A DNA stretch of 64,000 nucleotides, from contig NC_133622.1 in NCBI RefSeq assembly GCF_048593235.1, positions 233,275,198 through 233,339,197 on the forward strand. Direction: 5' to 3'. The notes beneath the pieces are model-generated. The model worked only from the letters and a program-made list of their open reading frames with translations. It had not been told where the DNA came from and made no database searches. The position numbers and the translations under genes were made by a program. Shown here one piece after another: positions 38,960 through 54,043 of this stretch. The stretch's first letter is position 1. Each line of letters starts with the position of its first letter. This DNA is from Sminthopsis crassicaudata. Lineage: Eukaryota.

Positions 38960-40357
38960 ATGGAGGACTGGAAGAGGCTCAGAGAAGACAGAGCACTGGA
39001 GAATGGAGCACAAGCTCTGGGACTGAGACAGACTTCAAGAAAGAGACCCTGGAGGTCATCCTCCTCCTTGCTACCTCGAAAGCAAGACCCATTACAGAGG
39101 CCCTCCACAAAGGGGGGCCGGGCCCAGGCCCAGAACTGGAAGAGACTCGGGCAAGACAGAGGACTGGAGGCTGGAGAAGAAGCTCTGGGACTTGGACGGA
39201 TTTCAAGAAAGAGACCCTGTAGGTCCTCCTCCTCCTTCCTCCACAGAAAGCAAGACCCATGCCAGAGGATCTCCAGAAAGCAGACCCAGGCCCACAACTG
39301 GAAGAGACTCGGGGAAGACAGAGGACTGGAGGCTGGAGAAGAAGCTCTGGGACTGAGACATTCTTCAAGAAAGAGACTGTGGAGGTCATCCTCCTACTTC
39401 CTCCACAGCAACCAAGACCCATTGCAGAGGCCCTCAACAAAGGGGGCCCAGGCCCAGGCCCAGGCCCAGGCCCAGCATTGGAAGAGACTCGGCGAAGACA
39501 GAGGACTGGAGGCTGAAGCACAAACTCTCGGACAGAGACAGGTTTCAAGAAAGAGACCCTGGAGGTCCTCCCCATCCTTCCTCCACAGAAAGCAAGATCC
39601 ATGCCAGAGGATCTCCAGAAAGCAGACCCAGGCCCACAACTGGAAGAGACTCGGGGAAGACAGAGGACTGGAGGCCGGAGAAGAAGCTCTGGGACTGAGA
39701 CATTCTTCAAGAAAGAGACTGTGGAGGTCATCCTCCTACTTCCTCCACAGCAACCAAGACCCATTGCAGAGGCCCTCCACAAAAGGGGCCCGGGCCCAGG
39801 CCCAGCACTGGAAGAGACTCGGGGAAGACAGAGGACTGGAGGCTGAAGCACAAACTCTCGGACAGAGACAGGTTTCAAGAAAGAGACCCTGGAGGTCCTC
39901 CTCATCCTTCCTCTACAGAAAGCAAGACCCTTGCCACAGGATCTCCAGAAATTGGCCCCGGACCCCAGGCAAGGAAACACACTGTGAAGGAGACACTAGA
40001 CTTTTGGGGACTCCATCACCTGCCAATTCTCCTGGGGATTGCTCTGATGAAACCAAGAATACCCAAATGAACACAGAGCCACCCATCAAAGCAATTCTTC
40101 ACCAGAAACTGATAGAAACTGGTGAACGACAACGACTTCAACAGTGGCTAAGAGCTCAATTGCTCCAGTGTGGTTGGAAAGATCAACTACAAGCTCATTG
40201 TCAAGATGTGATTCAGCAAAAAGGCCTAGAACAGGTGACTGTGGACAACTTGGTAGCAGAACTCACTCTCAAAGGCAGAGAGCTTGTACCCCACAGTTTG
40301 ATGGAGGAACTTTTCCAAAGAGTAAAGACCTTCTTGGCTCAGCACGACAGACCTTAA
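38960..40357 (+). CDS. ENY2: ENY2-like chimeric retrogene, copy 7 (465 aa)
   Basis: Open ORF, consensus protein; one synonymous AAG>AAA near 39784. Confidence 0.9.
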   Translation: MEDWKRLREDRALENGAQALGLRQTSRKRPWRSSSSLLPRKQDPLQRPSTKGGRAQAQNWKRLGQDRGLEAGEEALGLGRISRKRPCRSSSSFLHRKQDPCQRISRKQTQAHNWKRLGEDRGLEAGEEALGLRHSSRKRLWRSSSYFLHSNQDPLQRPSTKGAQAQAQAQAQHWKRLGEDRGLEAEAQTLGQRQVSRKRPWRSSPSFLHRKQDPCQRISRKQTQAHNWKRLGEDRGLEAGEEALGLRHSSRKRLWRSSSYFLHSNQDPLQRPSTKGARAQAQHWKRLGEDRGLEAEAQTLGQRQVSRKRPWRSSSSFLYRKQDPCHRISRNWPRTPGKETHCEGDTRLLGTPSPANSPGDCSDETKNTQMNTEPPIKAILHQKLIETGERQRLQQWLRAQLLQCGWKDQLQAHCQDVIQQKGLEQVTVDNLVAELTLKGRELVPHSLMEELFQRVKTFLAQHDRP

Positions 40358-40928
40358 GAGGGGGCCGAACATCAACACCATGTACTTTGACTTCTTGCAT
40401 CCACAAAGAACAGACATGCCATACCTTTGCAGGGCACTTGCTAAATTAGTCCTCTTTGGGTAGGATGCATTTTCCGTGTTTTCGTAGGATACTCTGTTGG
40501 ATCCATTTTTTTCTCCAAGGTCATTTTTACAAGAAATCAATAAGAAAATATTTTAAAATAAAAACAAAAATAACATAAAAATAAGAAACTATTTAATAAA
40601 TTTTAAAATCATAGAATAACTAATCATAAAAATCATAATATAAAATTATAACATAAAACATTTAAAATCAAAAGTAAATTTAAAAATTGAATAATCAGAA
40701 ATACAATAAAAATCATAAATAATAAAACTTTTAAAGTTTTCAAAATTACCTATTTCCACTCTCATAGTCTATGTTCTCTATTTTCAACTTTGAGCATTGA
40801 CTATAAATGTTACCATCTTTCCCAAGAAAGATGGCCCATTACTCTTGTAACTGTCAGAAACACTGTCCCTTTGTCTCTTGTCCCCTCCCCCCTCAATACT
40901 AGCATTTAATAAGAGGATATGTAAATAA

Positions 40929-40977
<49 letters not shown>

Positions 40978-41550
40978 CCCAGGGAATAGGCCAAAATGTC
41001 TATCCAAATTCTTGCCTTCTTAAAGGGAGAAGGGCATTTAGGCAGAGAGAAAATTTAGAACTCAATATTATAAAAAACGAAAGTGAAAAGGTTCAGATAA
41101 AAGGAATTAAAGGAAGAAAAATATGTACAAAATAGAGAAAGTCCTCAGACATCACTCTAAATTCTCAATTAATCAGTAATAAGTTATTACATATTTACAT
41201 TGAATGATAGGCTTTTGGATCTAGGTCTACTTTTCCTGCCATCCCAAGGATAGCAATATTCATGCTTCTTTTGTATATGCTCAGGATATCCAGGGAAGAC
41301 TCAGTGATGGCCCATAGATCCCCTAATATCCTTCATCCCAGAGAGGTCAACAGCTGCTTGACTCACTCTCCTGGGTCCTGAGATTTCATTCAAGGGTGTA
41401 GAAGCCTTGATCTTTTCAATCATCCCCCAATGTTACTCATGATTCCAAGCAAGATAGTGCTATGTGAAGCACAGGGGATAGCAAGAAAGATGAAAACAAC
41501 TCTTTGTTCCCCTGAAAAATCCCATTTAATAAGTAAGACCATATGTATAT

Positions 41551-41593
<43 letters not shown>

Positions 41594-41823
41594 GTATATG
41601 CAAAAATCTCTATGCAAATTCTTGCCTTCCCAATGGCAAGAGGGGAAGTAGGCAGAGAGAAAATGTAGAAGTCAAGATTTTAAAACATGAAAGTTAAAAT
41701 GTTCCTGTCTAACTAAGAAAAGACCAAAAAAACCTATTAATGGTTCTCTAATTTCACTAGGATTGATTTCATCTTACAACAAAGAATGGCTTCCTCTTGA
41801 TATCATGATGAGTTTTTCCTCAG

Positions 41824-43246
41824 TGTAGAGCCTCCTGGTGGCTGACCTGGCCTCCTGCTCCCCCCATCCCCCACTGAGACCCAGGCCAGTCTGAAAGGCT
41901 CTCAGCAAAGCTAAGTGGGCCCCAGGCAAGGAAACTAGACTTGGAAGGAAATCAAAAAGGATTTGCACTTGAACTTCTGGCTATTCTTGTGGTGATTCCC
42001 CAACTGAAAGGAAGGTGGCTCCAAGACCTCCAGAAAACCATCCAAGAACTTGAGAGTTTGGGCGCCCAAAGTGGGGCTAAGCACCTACATGTGTGACCCA
42101 GAAATTAAGGTGAGTACACAAACAGGCAAGAAGGAAACTCGGACAAGGGTTAACGTTGTATTTCAGCTGAAATGGGACAGGGGTTTAGAAAGGAGCCTTT
42201 TCCACCTCAAGGAAAAGGTCTAGAAAGCATGGTGACACTGAAAAATGTTCAAGGTTTTCTGGTAATGGGGTCCAGGTCAGTGAAGTCTTTGAAATATTAA
42301 AAGACACATCTCCTTGGTTCTCTAAGCACAAAGAATTCCATCCAGACCAAGGGAAAGGAGTAGGAGAGCAACTAAGTGAATATTACAATGAGAATGGTGC
42401 TCATTCAATTCCTAAAGAAGCATTTTATACCTACACCTGAATCCAATTGGTCTGAGGAAATGATGTCTGCTCAAGAAGAAGGAAAAAGAAGAAAGAGCAG
42501 GAGGGGAAGGATACTGACAAACTAGGTGAAGAGCCTGAAGAATCAGGTAAGAATGGAGTGAAGTACAATTCTGATGAAATTAAGGAGAGTGGTGCTTCCC
42601 AGCAGGAGACATTAGGACATTCCCCAACCCCCCTGACCTACCCCCCACCCCCAGGAACCTATTATGGGTGGAGGGAGAAGGAGGAGGAGGAGGGGCAGGG
42701 ACAGAATCAGCATCTCCTGTGAAGCAGTCTGTGACAAGATGGCAAAAGGCAAAAAGGGGGACAGGATATATCTGCTGGAATAGAAGAATACCCTGTGAGT
42801 GAAGACTTTGATCCTTCAGATCAAGCAGGAGAAGATACACTCCTTTGGATGTGGGGAAAAAAAATCAAGGATTTGAAAAAGGGCTGTACTCTTTATGGGG
42901 CTTCTCATCTTAGGCGAAAATGGTGTTAGAGAATTTGGCTTTTGAAATGGTAACCCCTGGTGATGGCAAATGTATAGCAAGGGCATGTTGAGAACCTGGA
43001 AACAACTTGTTGTGGCTTTTGGGCTATAGTGCACTTTGTAGGATACAAGCCAGGGAGGTCTGACCTGACCAAAGAAAGCAGGAGATGTTATGGGGCAGAA
43101 GTGAAATTGAACCAGGGAAGTGAATGATGGTGTCCTTGCCAGGTACTTAGTACATAATAGAGATTCCCCCCTAAGGCTACTGATGGGATTAGCATAGAGT
43201 ATATCAACTGGGACAATCACAGCCAGACATTCATTCTCTCTCTCAG
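41824..43246 (+). mobile_element. ERVK-like 5' remnant, unit 8
   Basis: Near-identical to unit 1; PBS at 42060. Confidence 0.85.
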
Positions 43247-43313
43247 CTTTGTAGTGACTGGAGGCTGGAGGAAAAGAACTTCACCTCAGAGATTCATTGC
43301 ATCTCCTAGCATC

Positions 43314-44711
43314 ATGGAGGACTGGAAGAGGCTCAGAGAAGACAGAGCACTGGAGAATGGAGCACAAGCTCTGGGACTGAGACAGACTTCAAGAAAGAGA
43401 CCCTGGAGGTCATCCTCCTCCTTGCTACCTCGAAAGCAAGACCCATTACAGAGGCCCTCCACAAAGGGGGGCCGGGCCCAGGCCCAGAACTGGAAGAGAC
43501 TCGGGCAAGACAGAGGACTGGAGGCTGGAGAAGAAGCTCTGGGACTTGGACGGATTTCAAGAAAGAGACCCTGTAGGTCCTCCTCCTCCTTCCTCCACAG
43601 AAAGCAAGACCCATGCCAGAGGATCTCCAGAAAGCAGACCCAGGCCCACAACTGGAAGAGACTCGGGGAAGACAGAGGACTGGAGGCTGGAGAAGAAGCT
43701 CTGGGACTGAGACATTCTTCAAGAAAGAGACTGTGGAGGTCATCCTCCTACTTCCTCCACAGCAACCAAGACCCATTGCAGAGGCCCTCAACAAAGGGGG
43801 CCCAGGCCCAGGCCCAGGCCCAGGCCCAGCATTGGAAGAGACTCGGCGAAGACAGAGGACTGGAGGCTGAAGCACAAACTCTCGGACAGAGACAGGTTTC
43901 AAGAAAGAGACCCTGGAGGTCCTCCCCATCCTTCCTCCACAGAAAGCAAGATCCATGCCAGAGGATCTCCAGAAAGCAGACCCAGGCCCACAACTGGAAG
44001 AGACTCGGGGAAGACAGAGGACTGGAGGCCGGAGAAGAAGCTCTGGGACTGAGACATTCTTCAAGAAAGAGACTGTGGAGGTCATCCTCCTACTTCCTCC
44101 ACAGCAACCAAGACCCATTGCAGAGGCCCTCCACAAAGGGGGCCCGGGCCCAGGCCCAGCACTGGAAGAGACTCGGGGAAGACAGAGGACTGGAGGCTGA
44201 AGCACAAACTCTCGGACAGAGACAGGTTTCAAGAAAGAGACCCTGGAGGTCCTCCTCATCCTTCCTCTACAGAAAGCAAGACCCTTGCCACAGGATCTCC
44301 AGAAATTGGCCCCGGACCCCAGGCAAGGAAACACACTGTGAAGGAGACACTAGACTTTTGGGGACTCCATCACCTGCCAATTCTCCTGGGGATTGCTCTG
44401 ATGAAACCAAGAATACCCAAATGAACACAGAGCCACCCATCAAAGCAATTCTTCACCAGAAACTGATAGAAACTGGTGAACGACAACGACTTCAACAGTG
44501 GCTAAGAGCTCAATTGCTCCAGTGTGGTTGGAAAGATCAACTACAAGCTCATTGTCAAGATGTGATTCAGCAAAAAGGCCTAGAACAGGTGACTGTGGAC
44601 AACTTGGTAGCAGAACTCACTCTCAAAGGCAGAGAGCTTGTACCCCACAGTTTGATGGAGGAACTTTTCCAAAGAGTAAAGACCTTCTTGGCTCAGCACG
44701 ACAGACCTTAA
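43314..44711 (+). CDS. ENY2: ENY2-like chimeric retrogene, copy 8 (465 aa)
   Basis: Open ORF, consensus protein. Confidence 0.9.
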   Translation: MEDWKRLREDRALENGAQALGLRQTSRKRPWRSSSSLLPRKQDPLQRPSTKGGRAQAQNWKRLGQDRGLEAGEEALGLGRISRKRPCRSSSSFLHRKQDPCQRISRKQTQAHNWKRLGEDRGLEAGEEALGLRHSSRKRLWRSSSYFLHSNQDPLQRPSTKGAQAQAQAQAQHWKRLGEDRGLEAEAQTLGQRQVSRKRPWRSSPSFLHRKQDPCQRISRKQTQAHNWKRLGEDRGLEAGEEALGLRHSSRKRLWRSSSYFLHSNQDPLQRPSTKGARAQAQHWKRLGEDRGLEAEAQTLGQRQVSRKRPWRSSSSFLYRKQDPCHRISRNWPRTPGKETHCEGDTRLLGTPSPANSPGDCSDETKNTQMNTEPPIKAILHQKLIETGERQRLQQWLRAQLLQCGWKDQLQAHCQDVIQQKGLEQVTVDNLVAELTLKGRELVPHSLMEELFQRVKTFLAQHDRP

Positions 44712-45280
44712 GAGGGGGCCGAACATCAACACCATGTACTTTGACTTCTTGCATCCACAAAGAACAGACATGCCATACCTTTGCAGGGCACTTGCTAAAT
44801 TAGTCCTCTTTGGGTAGGATGCATTTTCCGTGTTTTCGTAGGATACTCTGTTGGATCCATTTTTTTCTCCAAGGTCATTTTTACAAGAAATCAATAAGAA
44901 AATATTTTAAAATAAAAACAAAAATAACATAAAAATAAGAAACTATTTAATAAATTTTAAAATCATAGAATAACTAATCATAAAAATCATAATATAAAAT
45001 CATAACATAAAACATTTAAAATCAAAAGTAAATTTAAAAATTGAATAATCAGAAATACAATAAAAATCATAAATAATAAAACTTTTAAAGTTTTCAAAAT
45101 TACCTATTTCCACTCTCATAGTCTATGTTCTCTATTTTCAACTTTGAGCATTGACTATAAATGTTACCATCTTTCCCAAGAAAGATGGCCCATTACTCTT
45201 GTAACTGTCAGAAACACTGTCCCTTTGTCTCTTGTCCCCTCCCCCCTCAATACTAGCATTTAATAAGAGGATATGTAAAT

Positions 45281-45331
<51 letters not shown>

Positions 45332-45904
45332 CCCAGGGAATAGGCCAAAATGTCTATCCAAATTCTTGCCTTCTTAAAGGGAGAAGGGCATTTAGGCAGA
45401 GAGAAAATTTAGAACTCAATATTATAAAAAACGAAAGTGAAAAGGTTCAGATAAAAGGAATTAAAGGAAGAAAAATATGTACAAAATAGAGAAAGTCCTC
45501 AGACATCACTCTAAATTCTCAATTAATCAGTAATAAGTTATTACATATTTACATTGAATGATAGGCTTTTGGATCTAGGTCTACTTTTCCTGCCATCCCA
45601 AGGATAGCAATATTCATGCTTCTTTTGTATATGCTCAGGATATCCAGGGAAGACTCAGTGATGGCCCATAGATCCCCTAATATCCTTCATCCCAGAGAGG
45701 TCAACAGCTGCTTGACTCACTCTCCTGGGTCCTGAGATTTCATTCAAGGGTGTAGAAGCCTTGATCTTTTCAATCATCCCCCAATGTTACTCATGATTCC
45801 AAGCAAGATAGTGCTATGTGAAGCACAGGGGATAGCAAGAAAGATGAAAACAACTCTTTGTTCCCCTGAAAAATCCCATTTAATAAGTAAGACCATATGT
45901 ATAT

Positions 45905-45949
<45 letters not shown>

Positions 45950-46179
45950 GTATATGCAAAAATCTCTATGCAAATTCTTGCCTTCCCAATGGCAAGAGGG
46001 GAAGTAGGCAGAGAGAAAATGTAGAAGTCAAGATTTTAAAACATGAAAGTTAAAATGTTCCTGTCTAACTAAGAAAAGACCAAAAAAACCTATTAATGGT
46101 TCTCTAATTTCACTAGGATTGATTTCATCTTACAACAAAGAATGGCTTCCTCTTGATATCATGATGAGTTTTTCCTCAG

Positions 46180-47602
46180 TGTAGAGCCTCCTGGTGGCTG
46201 ACCTGGCCTCCTGCTCCCCCCATCCCCCACTGAGACCCAGGCCAGTCTGAAAGGCTCTCAGCAAAGCTAAGTGGGCCCCAGGCAAGGAAACTAGACTTGG
46301 AAGGAAATCAAAAAGGATTTGCACTTGAACTTCTGGCTATTCTTGTGGTGATTCCCCAACTGAAAGGAAGGTGGCTCCAAGACCTCCAGAAAACCATCCA
46401 AGAACTTGAGAGTTTGGGCGCCCAAAGTGGGGCTAAGCACCTACATGTGTGACCCAGAAATTAAGGTGAGTACACAAACAGGCAAGAAGGAAACTCGGAC
46501 AAGGGTTAACGTTGTATTTCAGCTGAAATGGGACAGGGGTTTAGAAAGGAGCCTTTTCCACCTCAAGGAAAAGGTCTAGAAAGCATGGTGACACTGAAAA
46601 ATGTTCAAGGTTTTCTGGTAATGGGGTCCAGGTCAGTGAAGTCTTTGAAATATTAAAAGACACATCTCCTTGGTTCTCTAAGCACAAAGAATTCCATCCA
46701 GACCAAGGGAAAGGAGTAGGAGAGCAACTAAGTGAATATTACAATGAGAATGGTGCTCATTCAATTCCTAAAGAAGCATTTTATACCTACACCTGAATCC
46801 AATTGGTCTGAGGAAATGATGTCTGCTCAAGAAGAAGGAAAAAGAAGAAAGAGCAGGAGGGGAAGGATACTGACAAACTAGGTGAAGAGCCTGAAGAATC
46901 AGGTAAGAATGGAGTGAAGTACAATTCTGATGAAATTAAGGAGAGTGGTGCTTCCCAGCAGGAGACATTAGGACATTCCCCAACCCCCCTGACCTACCCC
47001 CCACCCCCAGGAACCTATTATGGGTGGAGGGAGAAGGAGGAGGAGGAGGGGCAGGGACAGAATCAGCATCTCCTGTGAAGCAGTCTGTGACAAGATGGCA
47101 AAAGGCAAAAAGGGGGACAGGATATATCTGCTGGAATAGAAGAATACCCTGTGAGTGAAGACTTTGATCCTTCAGATCAAGCAGGAGAAGATACACTCCT
47201 TTGGATGTGGGGAAAAAAAATCAAGGATTTGAAAAAGGGCTGTACTCTTTATGGGGCTTCTCATCTTAGGCGAAAATGGTGTTAGAGAATTTGGCTTTTG
47301 AAATGGTAACCCCTGGTGATGGCAAATGTATAGCAAGGGCATGTTGAGAACCTGGAAACAACTTGTTGTGGCTTTTGGGCTATAGTGCACTTTGTAGGAT
47401 ACAAGCCAGGGAGGTCTGACCTGACCAAAGAAAGCAGGAGATGTTATGGGGCAGAAGTGAAATTGAACCAGGGAAGTGAATGATGGTGTCCTTGCCAGGT
47501 ACTTAGTACATAATAGAGATTCCCCCCTAAGGCTACTGATGGGATTAGCATAGAGTATATCAACTGGGACAATCACAGCCAGACATTCATTCTCTCTCTC
47601 AG
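46180..47602 (+). mobile_element. ERVK-like 5' remnant, unit 9
   Basis: Near-identical to unit 1; PBS at 46416. Confidence 0.85.
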
Positions 47603-47669
47603 CTTTGTAGTGACTGGAGGCTGGAGGAAAAGAACTTCACCTCAGAGATTCATTGCATCTCCTAGCATC

Positions 47670-49067
47670 ATGGAGGACTGGAAGAGGCTCAGAGAAGACA
47701 GAGCACTGGAGAATGGAGCACAAGCTCTGGGACTGAGACAGACTTCAAGAAAGAGACCCTGGAGGTCATCCTCCTCCTTGCTACCTCGAAAGCAAGACCC
47801 ATTACAGAGGCCCTCCACAAAGGGGGGCCGGGCCCAGGCCCAGAACTGGAAGAGACTCGGGCAAGACAGAGGACTGGAGGCTGGAGAAGAAGCTCTGGGA
47901 CTTGGACGGATTTCAAGAAAGAGACCCTGTAGGTCCTCCTCCTCCTTCCTCCACAGAAAGCAAGACCCATGCCAGAGGATCTCCAGAAAGCAGACCCAGG
48001 CCCACAACTGGAAGAGACTCGGGGAAGACAGAGGACTGGAGGCTGGAGAAGAAGCTCTGGGACTGAGACATTCTTCAAGAAAGAGACTGTGGAGGTCATC
48101 CTCCTACTTCCTCCACAGCAACCAAGACCCATTGCAGAGGCCCTCAACAAAGGGGGCCCAGGCCCAGGCCCAGGCCCAGGCCCAGCATTGGAAGAGACTC
48201 GGCGAAGACAGAGGACTGGAGGCTGAAGCACAAACTCTCGGACAGAGACAGGTTTCAAGAAAGAGACCCTGGAGGTCCTCCCCATCCTTCCTCCACAGAA
48301 AGCAAGATCCATGCCAGAGGATCTCCAGAAAGCAGACCCAGGCCCACAACTGGAAGAGACTCGGGGAAGACAGAGGACTGGAGGCCGGAGAAGAAGCTCT
48401 GGGACTGAGACATTCTTCAAGAAAGAGACTGTGGAGGTCATCCTCCTACTTCCTCCACAGCAACCAAGACCCATTGCAGAGGCCCTCCACAAAGGGGGCC
48501 CGGGCCCAGGCCCAGCACTGGAAGAGACTCGGGGAAGACAGAGGACTGGAGGCTGAAGCACAAACTCTCGGACAGAGACAGGTTTCAAGAAAGAGACCCT
48601 GGAGGTCCTCCTCATCCTTCCTCTACAGAAAGCAAGACCCTTGCCACAGGATCTCCAGAAATTGGCCCCGGACCCCAGGCAAGGAAACACACTGTGAAGG
48701 AGACACTAGACTTTTGGGGACTCCATCACCTGCCAATTCTCCTGGGGATTGCTCTGATGAAACCAAGAATACCCAAATGAACACAGAGCCACCCATCAAA
48801 GCAATTCTTCACCAGAAACTGATAGAAACTGGTGAACGACAACGACTTCAACAGTGGCTAAGAGCTCAATTGCTCCAGTGTGGTTGGAAAGATCAACTAC
48901 AAGCTCATTGTCAAGATGTGATTCAGCAAAAAGGCCTAGAACAGGTGACTGTGGACAACTTGGTAGCAGAACTCACTCTCAAAGGCAGAGAGCTTGTACC
49001 CCACAGTTTGATGGAGGAACTTTTCCAAAGAGTAAAGACCTTCTTGGCTCAGCACGACAGACCTTAA
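47670..49067 (+). CDS. ENY2: ENY2-like chimeric retrogene, copy 9 (465 aa)
   Basis: Open ORF, consensus protein. Confidence 0.9.
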   Translation: MEDWKRLREDRALENGAQALGLRQTSRKRPWRSSSSLLPRKQDPLQRPSTKGGRAQAQNWKRLGQDRGLEAGEEALGLGRISRKRPCRSSSSFLHRKQDPCQRISRKQTQAHNWKRLGEDRGLEAGEEALGLRHSSRKRLWRSSSYFLHSNQDPLQRPSTKGAQAQAQAQAQHWKRLGEDRGLEAEAQTLGQRQVSRKRPWRSSPSFLHRKQDPCQRISRKQTQAHNWKRLGEDRGLEAGEEALGLRHSSRKRLWRSSSYFLHSNQDPLQRPSTKGARAQAQHWKRLGEDRGLEAEAQTLGQRQVSRKRPWRSSSSFLYRKQDPCHRISRNWPRTPGKETHCEGDTRLLGTPSPANSPGDCSDETKNTQMNTEPPIKAILHQKLIETGERQRLQQWLRAQLLQCGWKDQLQAHCQDVIQQKGLEQVTVDNLVAELTLKGRELVPHSLMEELFQRVKTFLAQHDRP

Positions 49068-49638
49068 GAGGGGGCCGAACATCAACACCATGTACTTTGA
49101 CTTCTTGCATCCACAAAGAACAGACATGCCATACCTTTGCAGGGCACTTGCTAAATTAGTCCTCTTTGGGTAGGATGCATTTTCCGTGTTTTCGTAGGAT
49201 ACTCTGTTGGATCCATTTTTTTCTCCAAGGTCATTTTTACAAGAAATCAATAAGAAAATATTTTAAAATAAAAACAAAAATAACATAAAAATAAGAAACT
49301 ATTTAATAAATTTTAAAATCATAGAATAACTAATCATAAAAATCATAATATAAAATTATAACATAAAACATTTAAAATCAAAAGTAAATTTAAAAATTGA
49401 ATAATCAGAAATACAATAAAAATCATAAATAATAAAACTTTTAAAGTTTTCAAAATTACCTATTTCCACTCTCATAGTCTATGTTCTCTATTTTCAACTT
49501 TGAGCATTGACTATAAATGTTACCATCTTTCCCAAGAAAGATGGCCCATTACTCTTGTAACTGTCAGAAACACTGTCCCTTTGTCTCTTGTCCCCTCCCC
49601 CCTCAATACTAGCATTTAATAAGAGGATATGTAAATAA

Positions 49639-49691
<53 letters not shown>

Positions 49692-50264
49692 CCCAGGGAA
49701 TAGGCCAAAATGTCTATCCAAATTCTTGCCTTCTTAAAGGGAGAAGGGCATTTAGGCAGAGAGAAAATTTAGAACTCAATATTATAAAAAACGAAAGTGA
49801 AAAGGTTCAGATAAAAGGAATTAAAGGAAGAAAAATATGTACAAAATAGAGAAAGTCCTCAGACATCACTCTAAATTCTCAATTAATCAGTAATAAGTTA
49901 TTACATATTTACATTGAATGATAGGCTTTTGGATCTAGGTCTACTTTTCCTGCCATCCCAAGGATAGCAATATTCATGCTTCTTTTGTATATGCTCAGGA
50001 TATCCAGGGAAGACTCAGTGATGGCCCATAGATCCCCTAATATCCTTCATCCCAGAGAGGTCAACAGCTGCTTGACTCACTCTCCTGGGTCCTGAGATTT
50101 CATTCAAGGGTGTAGAAGCCTTGATCTTTTCAATCATCCCCCAATGTTACTCATGATTCCAAGCAAGATAGTGCTATGTGAAGCACAGGGGATAGCAAGA
50201 AAGATGAAAACAACTCTTTGTTCCCCTGAAAAATCCCATTTAATAAGTAAGACCATATGTATAT

Positions 50265-50313
<49 letters not shown>

Positions 50314-50543
50314 GTATATGCAAAAATCTCTATGCAAATTCTTGCCTTCCCAATGGCAAGAGGGGAAGTAGGCAGAGAGAAAATGTAGAAGTCAAGATTT
50401 TAAAACATGAAAGTTAAAATGTTCCTGTCTAACTAAGAAAAGACCAAAAAAACCTATTAATGGTTCTCTAATTTCACTAGGATTGATTTCATCTTACAAC
50501 AAAGAATGGCTTCCTCTTGATATCATGATGAGTTTTTCCTCAG

Positions 50544-51966
50544 TGTAGAGCCTCCTGGTGGCTGACCTGGCCTCCTGCTCCCCCCATCCCCCACTGAGAC
50601 CCAGGCCAGTCTGAAAGGCTCTCAGCAAAGCTAAGTGGGCCCCAGGCAAGGAAACTAGACTTGGAAGGAAATCAAAAAGGATTTGCACTTGAACTTCTGG
50701 CTATTCTTGTGGTGATTCCCCAACTGAAAGGAAGGTGGCTCCAAGACCTCCAGAAAACCATCCAAGAACTTGAGAGTTTGGGCGCCCAAAGTGGGGCTAA
50801 GCACCTACATGTGTGACCCAGAAATTAAGGTGAGTACACAAACAGGCAAGAAGGAAACTCGGACAAGGGCTAACGTTGTATTTCAGCTGAAATGGGACAG
50901 GGGTTTAGAAAGGAGCCTTTTCCACCTCAAGGAAAAGGTCTAGAAAGCATGGTGACACTGAAAAATGTTCAAGGTTTTCTGGTAATGGGGTCCAGGTCAG
51001 TGAAGTCTTTGAAATATTAAAAGACACATCTCCTTGGTTCTCTAAGCACAAAGAATTCCATCCAGACCAAGGGAAAGGAGTAGGAGAGCAACTAAGTGAA
51101 TATTACAATGAGAATGGTGCTCATTCAATTCCTAAAGAAGCATTTTATACCTACACCTGAATCCAATTGGTCTGAGGAAATGATGTCTGCTCAAGAAGAA
51201 GGAAAAAGAAGAAAGAGCAGGAGGGGAAGGATACTGACAAACTAGGTGAAGAGCCTGAAGAATTAGGTAAGAATGGAGTGAAGTACAATTCTGATGAAAT
51301 TAAGGAGAGTGGTGCTTCCCAGCAGGAGACATTAGGACATTCCCCAACCCCCCTGACCTACCCCCCACCCCCAGGAACCTATTATGGGTGGAGGGAGAAG
51401 GAGGAGGAGGAGGGGCAGGGACAGAATCAGCATCTCCTGTGAAGCAGTCTGTGACAAGATGGCAAAAGGCAAAAAGGGGGACAGGATATATCTGCTGGAA
51501 TAGAAGAATACCCTGTGAGTGAAGACTTTGATCCTTCAGATCAAGCAGGAGAAGATACACTCCTTTGGATGTGGGGAAAAAAAATCAAGGATTTGAAAAA
51601 GGGCTGTACTCTTTATGGGGCTTCTCATCTTAGGCGAAAATGGTGTTAGAGAATTTGGCTTTTGAAATGGTAACCCCTGGTGATGGCAAATGTATAGCAA
51701 GGGCATGTTGAGAACCTGGAAACAACTTGTTGTGGCTTTTGGGCTATAGTGCACTTTGTAGGATACAAGCCAGGGAGGTCTGACCTGACCAAAGAAAGCA
51801 AGAGATGTTATGGGGCAGAAGTGAAATTGAACCAGGGAAGTGAATGATGGTGTCCTTGCCAGGTACTTAGTACATAATAGAGATTCCCCCCTAAGGCTAC
51901 TGATGGGATTAGCATAGAGTATATCAACTGGGACAATCACAGCCAGACATTCATTCTCTCTCTCAG
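50544..51966 (+). mobile_element. ERVK-like 5' remnant, unit 10
   Basis: Near-identical to unit 1; PBS at 50780. Confidence 0.85.
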
Positions 51967-52033
51967 CTTTGTAGTGACTGGAGGCTGGAGGAAAAGAACT
52001 TCACCTCAGAGATTCATTGCATCTCCTAGCATC

Positions 52034-53431
52034 ATGGAGGACTGGAAGAGGCTCAGAGAAGACAGAGCACTGGAGAATGGAGCACAAGCTCTGGGACTGA
52101 GACAGACTTCAAGAAAGAGACCCTGGAGGTCATCCTCCTCCTTGCTACCTCGAAAGCAAGACCCATTACAGAGGCCCTCCACAAAGGGGGGCCGGGCCCA
52201 GGCCCAGAACTGGAAGAGACTCGGGCAAGACAGAGGACTGGAGGCTGGAGAAGAAGCTCTGGGACTTGGACGGATTTCAAGAAAGAGACCCTGTAGGTCC
52301 TCCTCCTCCTTCCTCCACAGAAAGCAAGACCCATGCCAGAGGATCTCCAGAAAGCAGACCCAGGCCCACAACTGGAAGAGACTCGGGGAAGACAGAGGAC
52401 TGGAGGCTGGAGAAGAAGCTCTGGGACTGAGACATTCTTCAAGAAAGAGACTGTGGAGGTCATCCTCCTACTTCCTCCACAGCAACCAAGACCCATTGCA
52501 GAGGCCCTCAACAAAGGGGGCCCAGGCCCAGGCCCAGGCCCAGGCCCAGCATTGGAAGAGACTCGGGGAAGACAGAGGACTGGAGGCTGAAGCACAAACT
52601 CTCGGACAGAGACAGGTTTCAAGAAAGAGACCCTGGAGGTCCTCCCCATCCTTCCTCCACAGAAAGCAAGATCCATGCCAGAGGATCTCCAGAAAGCAGA
52701 CCCAGGCCCACAACTGGAAGAGACTCGGGGAAGACAGAGGACTGGAGGCCGGAGAAGAAGCTCTGGGACTGAGACATTCTTCAAGAAAGAGACTGTGGAG
52801 GTCATCCTCCTACTTCCTCCACAGCAACCAAGACCCATTGCAGAGGCCCTCCACAAAGGGGGCCCGGGCCCAGGCCCAGCACTGGAAGAGACTCGGGGAA
52901 GACAGAGGACTGGAGGCTGAAGCACAAACTCTCGGACAGAGACAGGTTTCAAGAAAGAGACCCTGGAGGTCCTCCTCATCCTTCCTCTACAGAAAGCAAG
53001 ACCCTTGCCACAGGATCTCCAGAAATTGGCCCCGGACCCCAGGCAAGGAAACACACTGTGAAGGAGACACTAGACTTTTGGGGACTCCATCACCTGCCAA
53101 TTCTCCTGGGGATTGCTCTGATGAAACCAAGAATACCCAAATGAACACAGAGCCACCCATCAAAGCAATTCTTCACCAGAAACTGATAGAAACTGGTGAA
53201 CGACAACGACTTCAACAGTGGCTAAGAGCTCAATTGCTCCAGTGTGGTTGGAAAGATCAACTACAAGCTCATTGTCAAGATGTGATTCAGCAAAAAGGCC
53301 TAGAACAGGTGACTGTGGACAACTTGGTAGCAGAACTCACTCTCAAAGGCAGAGAGCTTGTACCCCACAGTTTGATGGAGGAACTTTTCCAAAGAGTAAA
53401 GACCTTCTTGGCTCAGCACGACAGACCTTAA
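52034..53431 (+). CDS. ENY2: ENY2-like chimeric retrogene, copy 10 (465 aa)
   Basis: Open ORF, consensus protein. Confidence 0.9.
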   Translation: MEDWKRLREDRALENGAQALGLRQTSRKRPWRSSSSLLPRKQDPLQRPSTKGGRAQAQNWKRLGQDRGLEAGEEALGLGRISRKRPCRSSSSFLHRKQDPCQRISRKQTQAHNWKRLGEDRGLEAGEEALGLRHSSRKRLWRSSSYFLHSNQDPLQRPSTKGAQAQAQAQAQHWKRLGEDRGLEAEAQTLGQRQVSRKRPWRSSPSFLHRKQDPCQRISRKQTQAHNWKRLGEDRGLEAGEEALGLRHSSRKRLWRSSSYFLHSNQDPLQRPSTKGARAQAQHWKRLGEDRGLEAEAQTLGQRQVSRKRPWRSSSSFLYRKQDPCHRISRNWPRTPGKETHCEGDTRLLGTPSPANSPGDCSDETKNTQMNTEPPIKAILHQKLIETGERQRLQQWLRAQLLQCGWKDQLQAHCQDVIQQKGLEQVTVDNLVAELTLKGRELVPHSLMEELFQRVKTFLAQHDRP

Positions 53432-54000
53432 GAGGGGGCCGAACATCAACACCATGTACTTTGACTTCTTGCATCCACAAAGAACAGACATGCCATACCT
53501 TTGCAGGGCACTTGCTAAATTAGTCCTCTTTGGGTAGGATGCATTTTCCGTGTTTTCGTAGGATACTCTGTTGGATCCATTTTTTTCTCCAAGGTCATTT
53601 TTACAAGAAATCAATAAGAAAATATTTTAAAATAAAAACAAAAATAACATAAAAATAAGAAACTATTTAATAAATTTTAAAATCATAGAATAACTAATCA
53701 TAAAAATCATAATATAAAATCATAACATAAAACATTTAAAATCAAAAGTAAATTTAAAAATTGAATAATCAGAAATACAATAAAAATCATAAATAATAAA
53801 ACTTTTAAAGTTTTCAAAATTACCTATTTCCACTCTCATAGTCTATGTTCTCTATTTTCAACTTTGAGCATTGACTATAAATGTTACCATCTTTCCCAAG
53901 AAAGATGGCCCATTACTCTTGTAACTGTCAGAAACACTGTCCCTTTGTCTCTTGTCCCCTCCCCCCTCAATACTAGCATTTAATAAGAGGATATGTAAAT

Positions 54001-54043
<43 letters not shown>
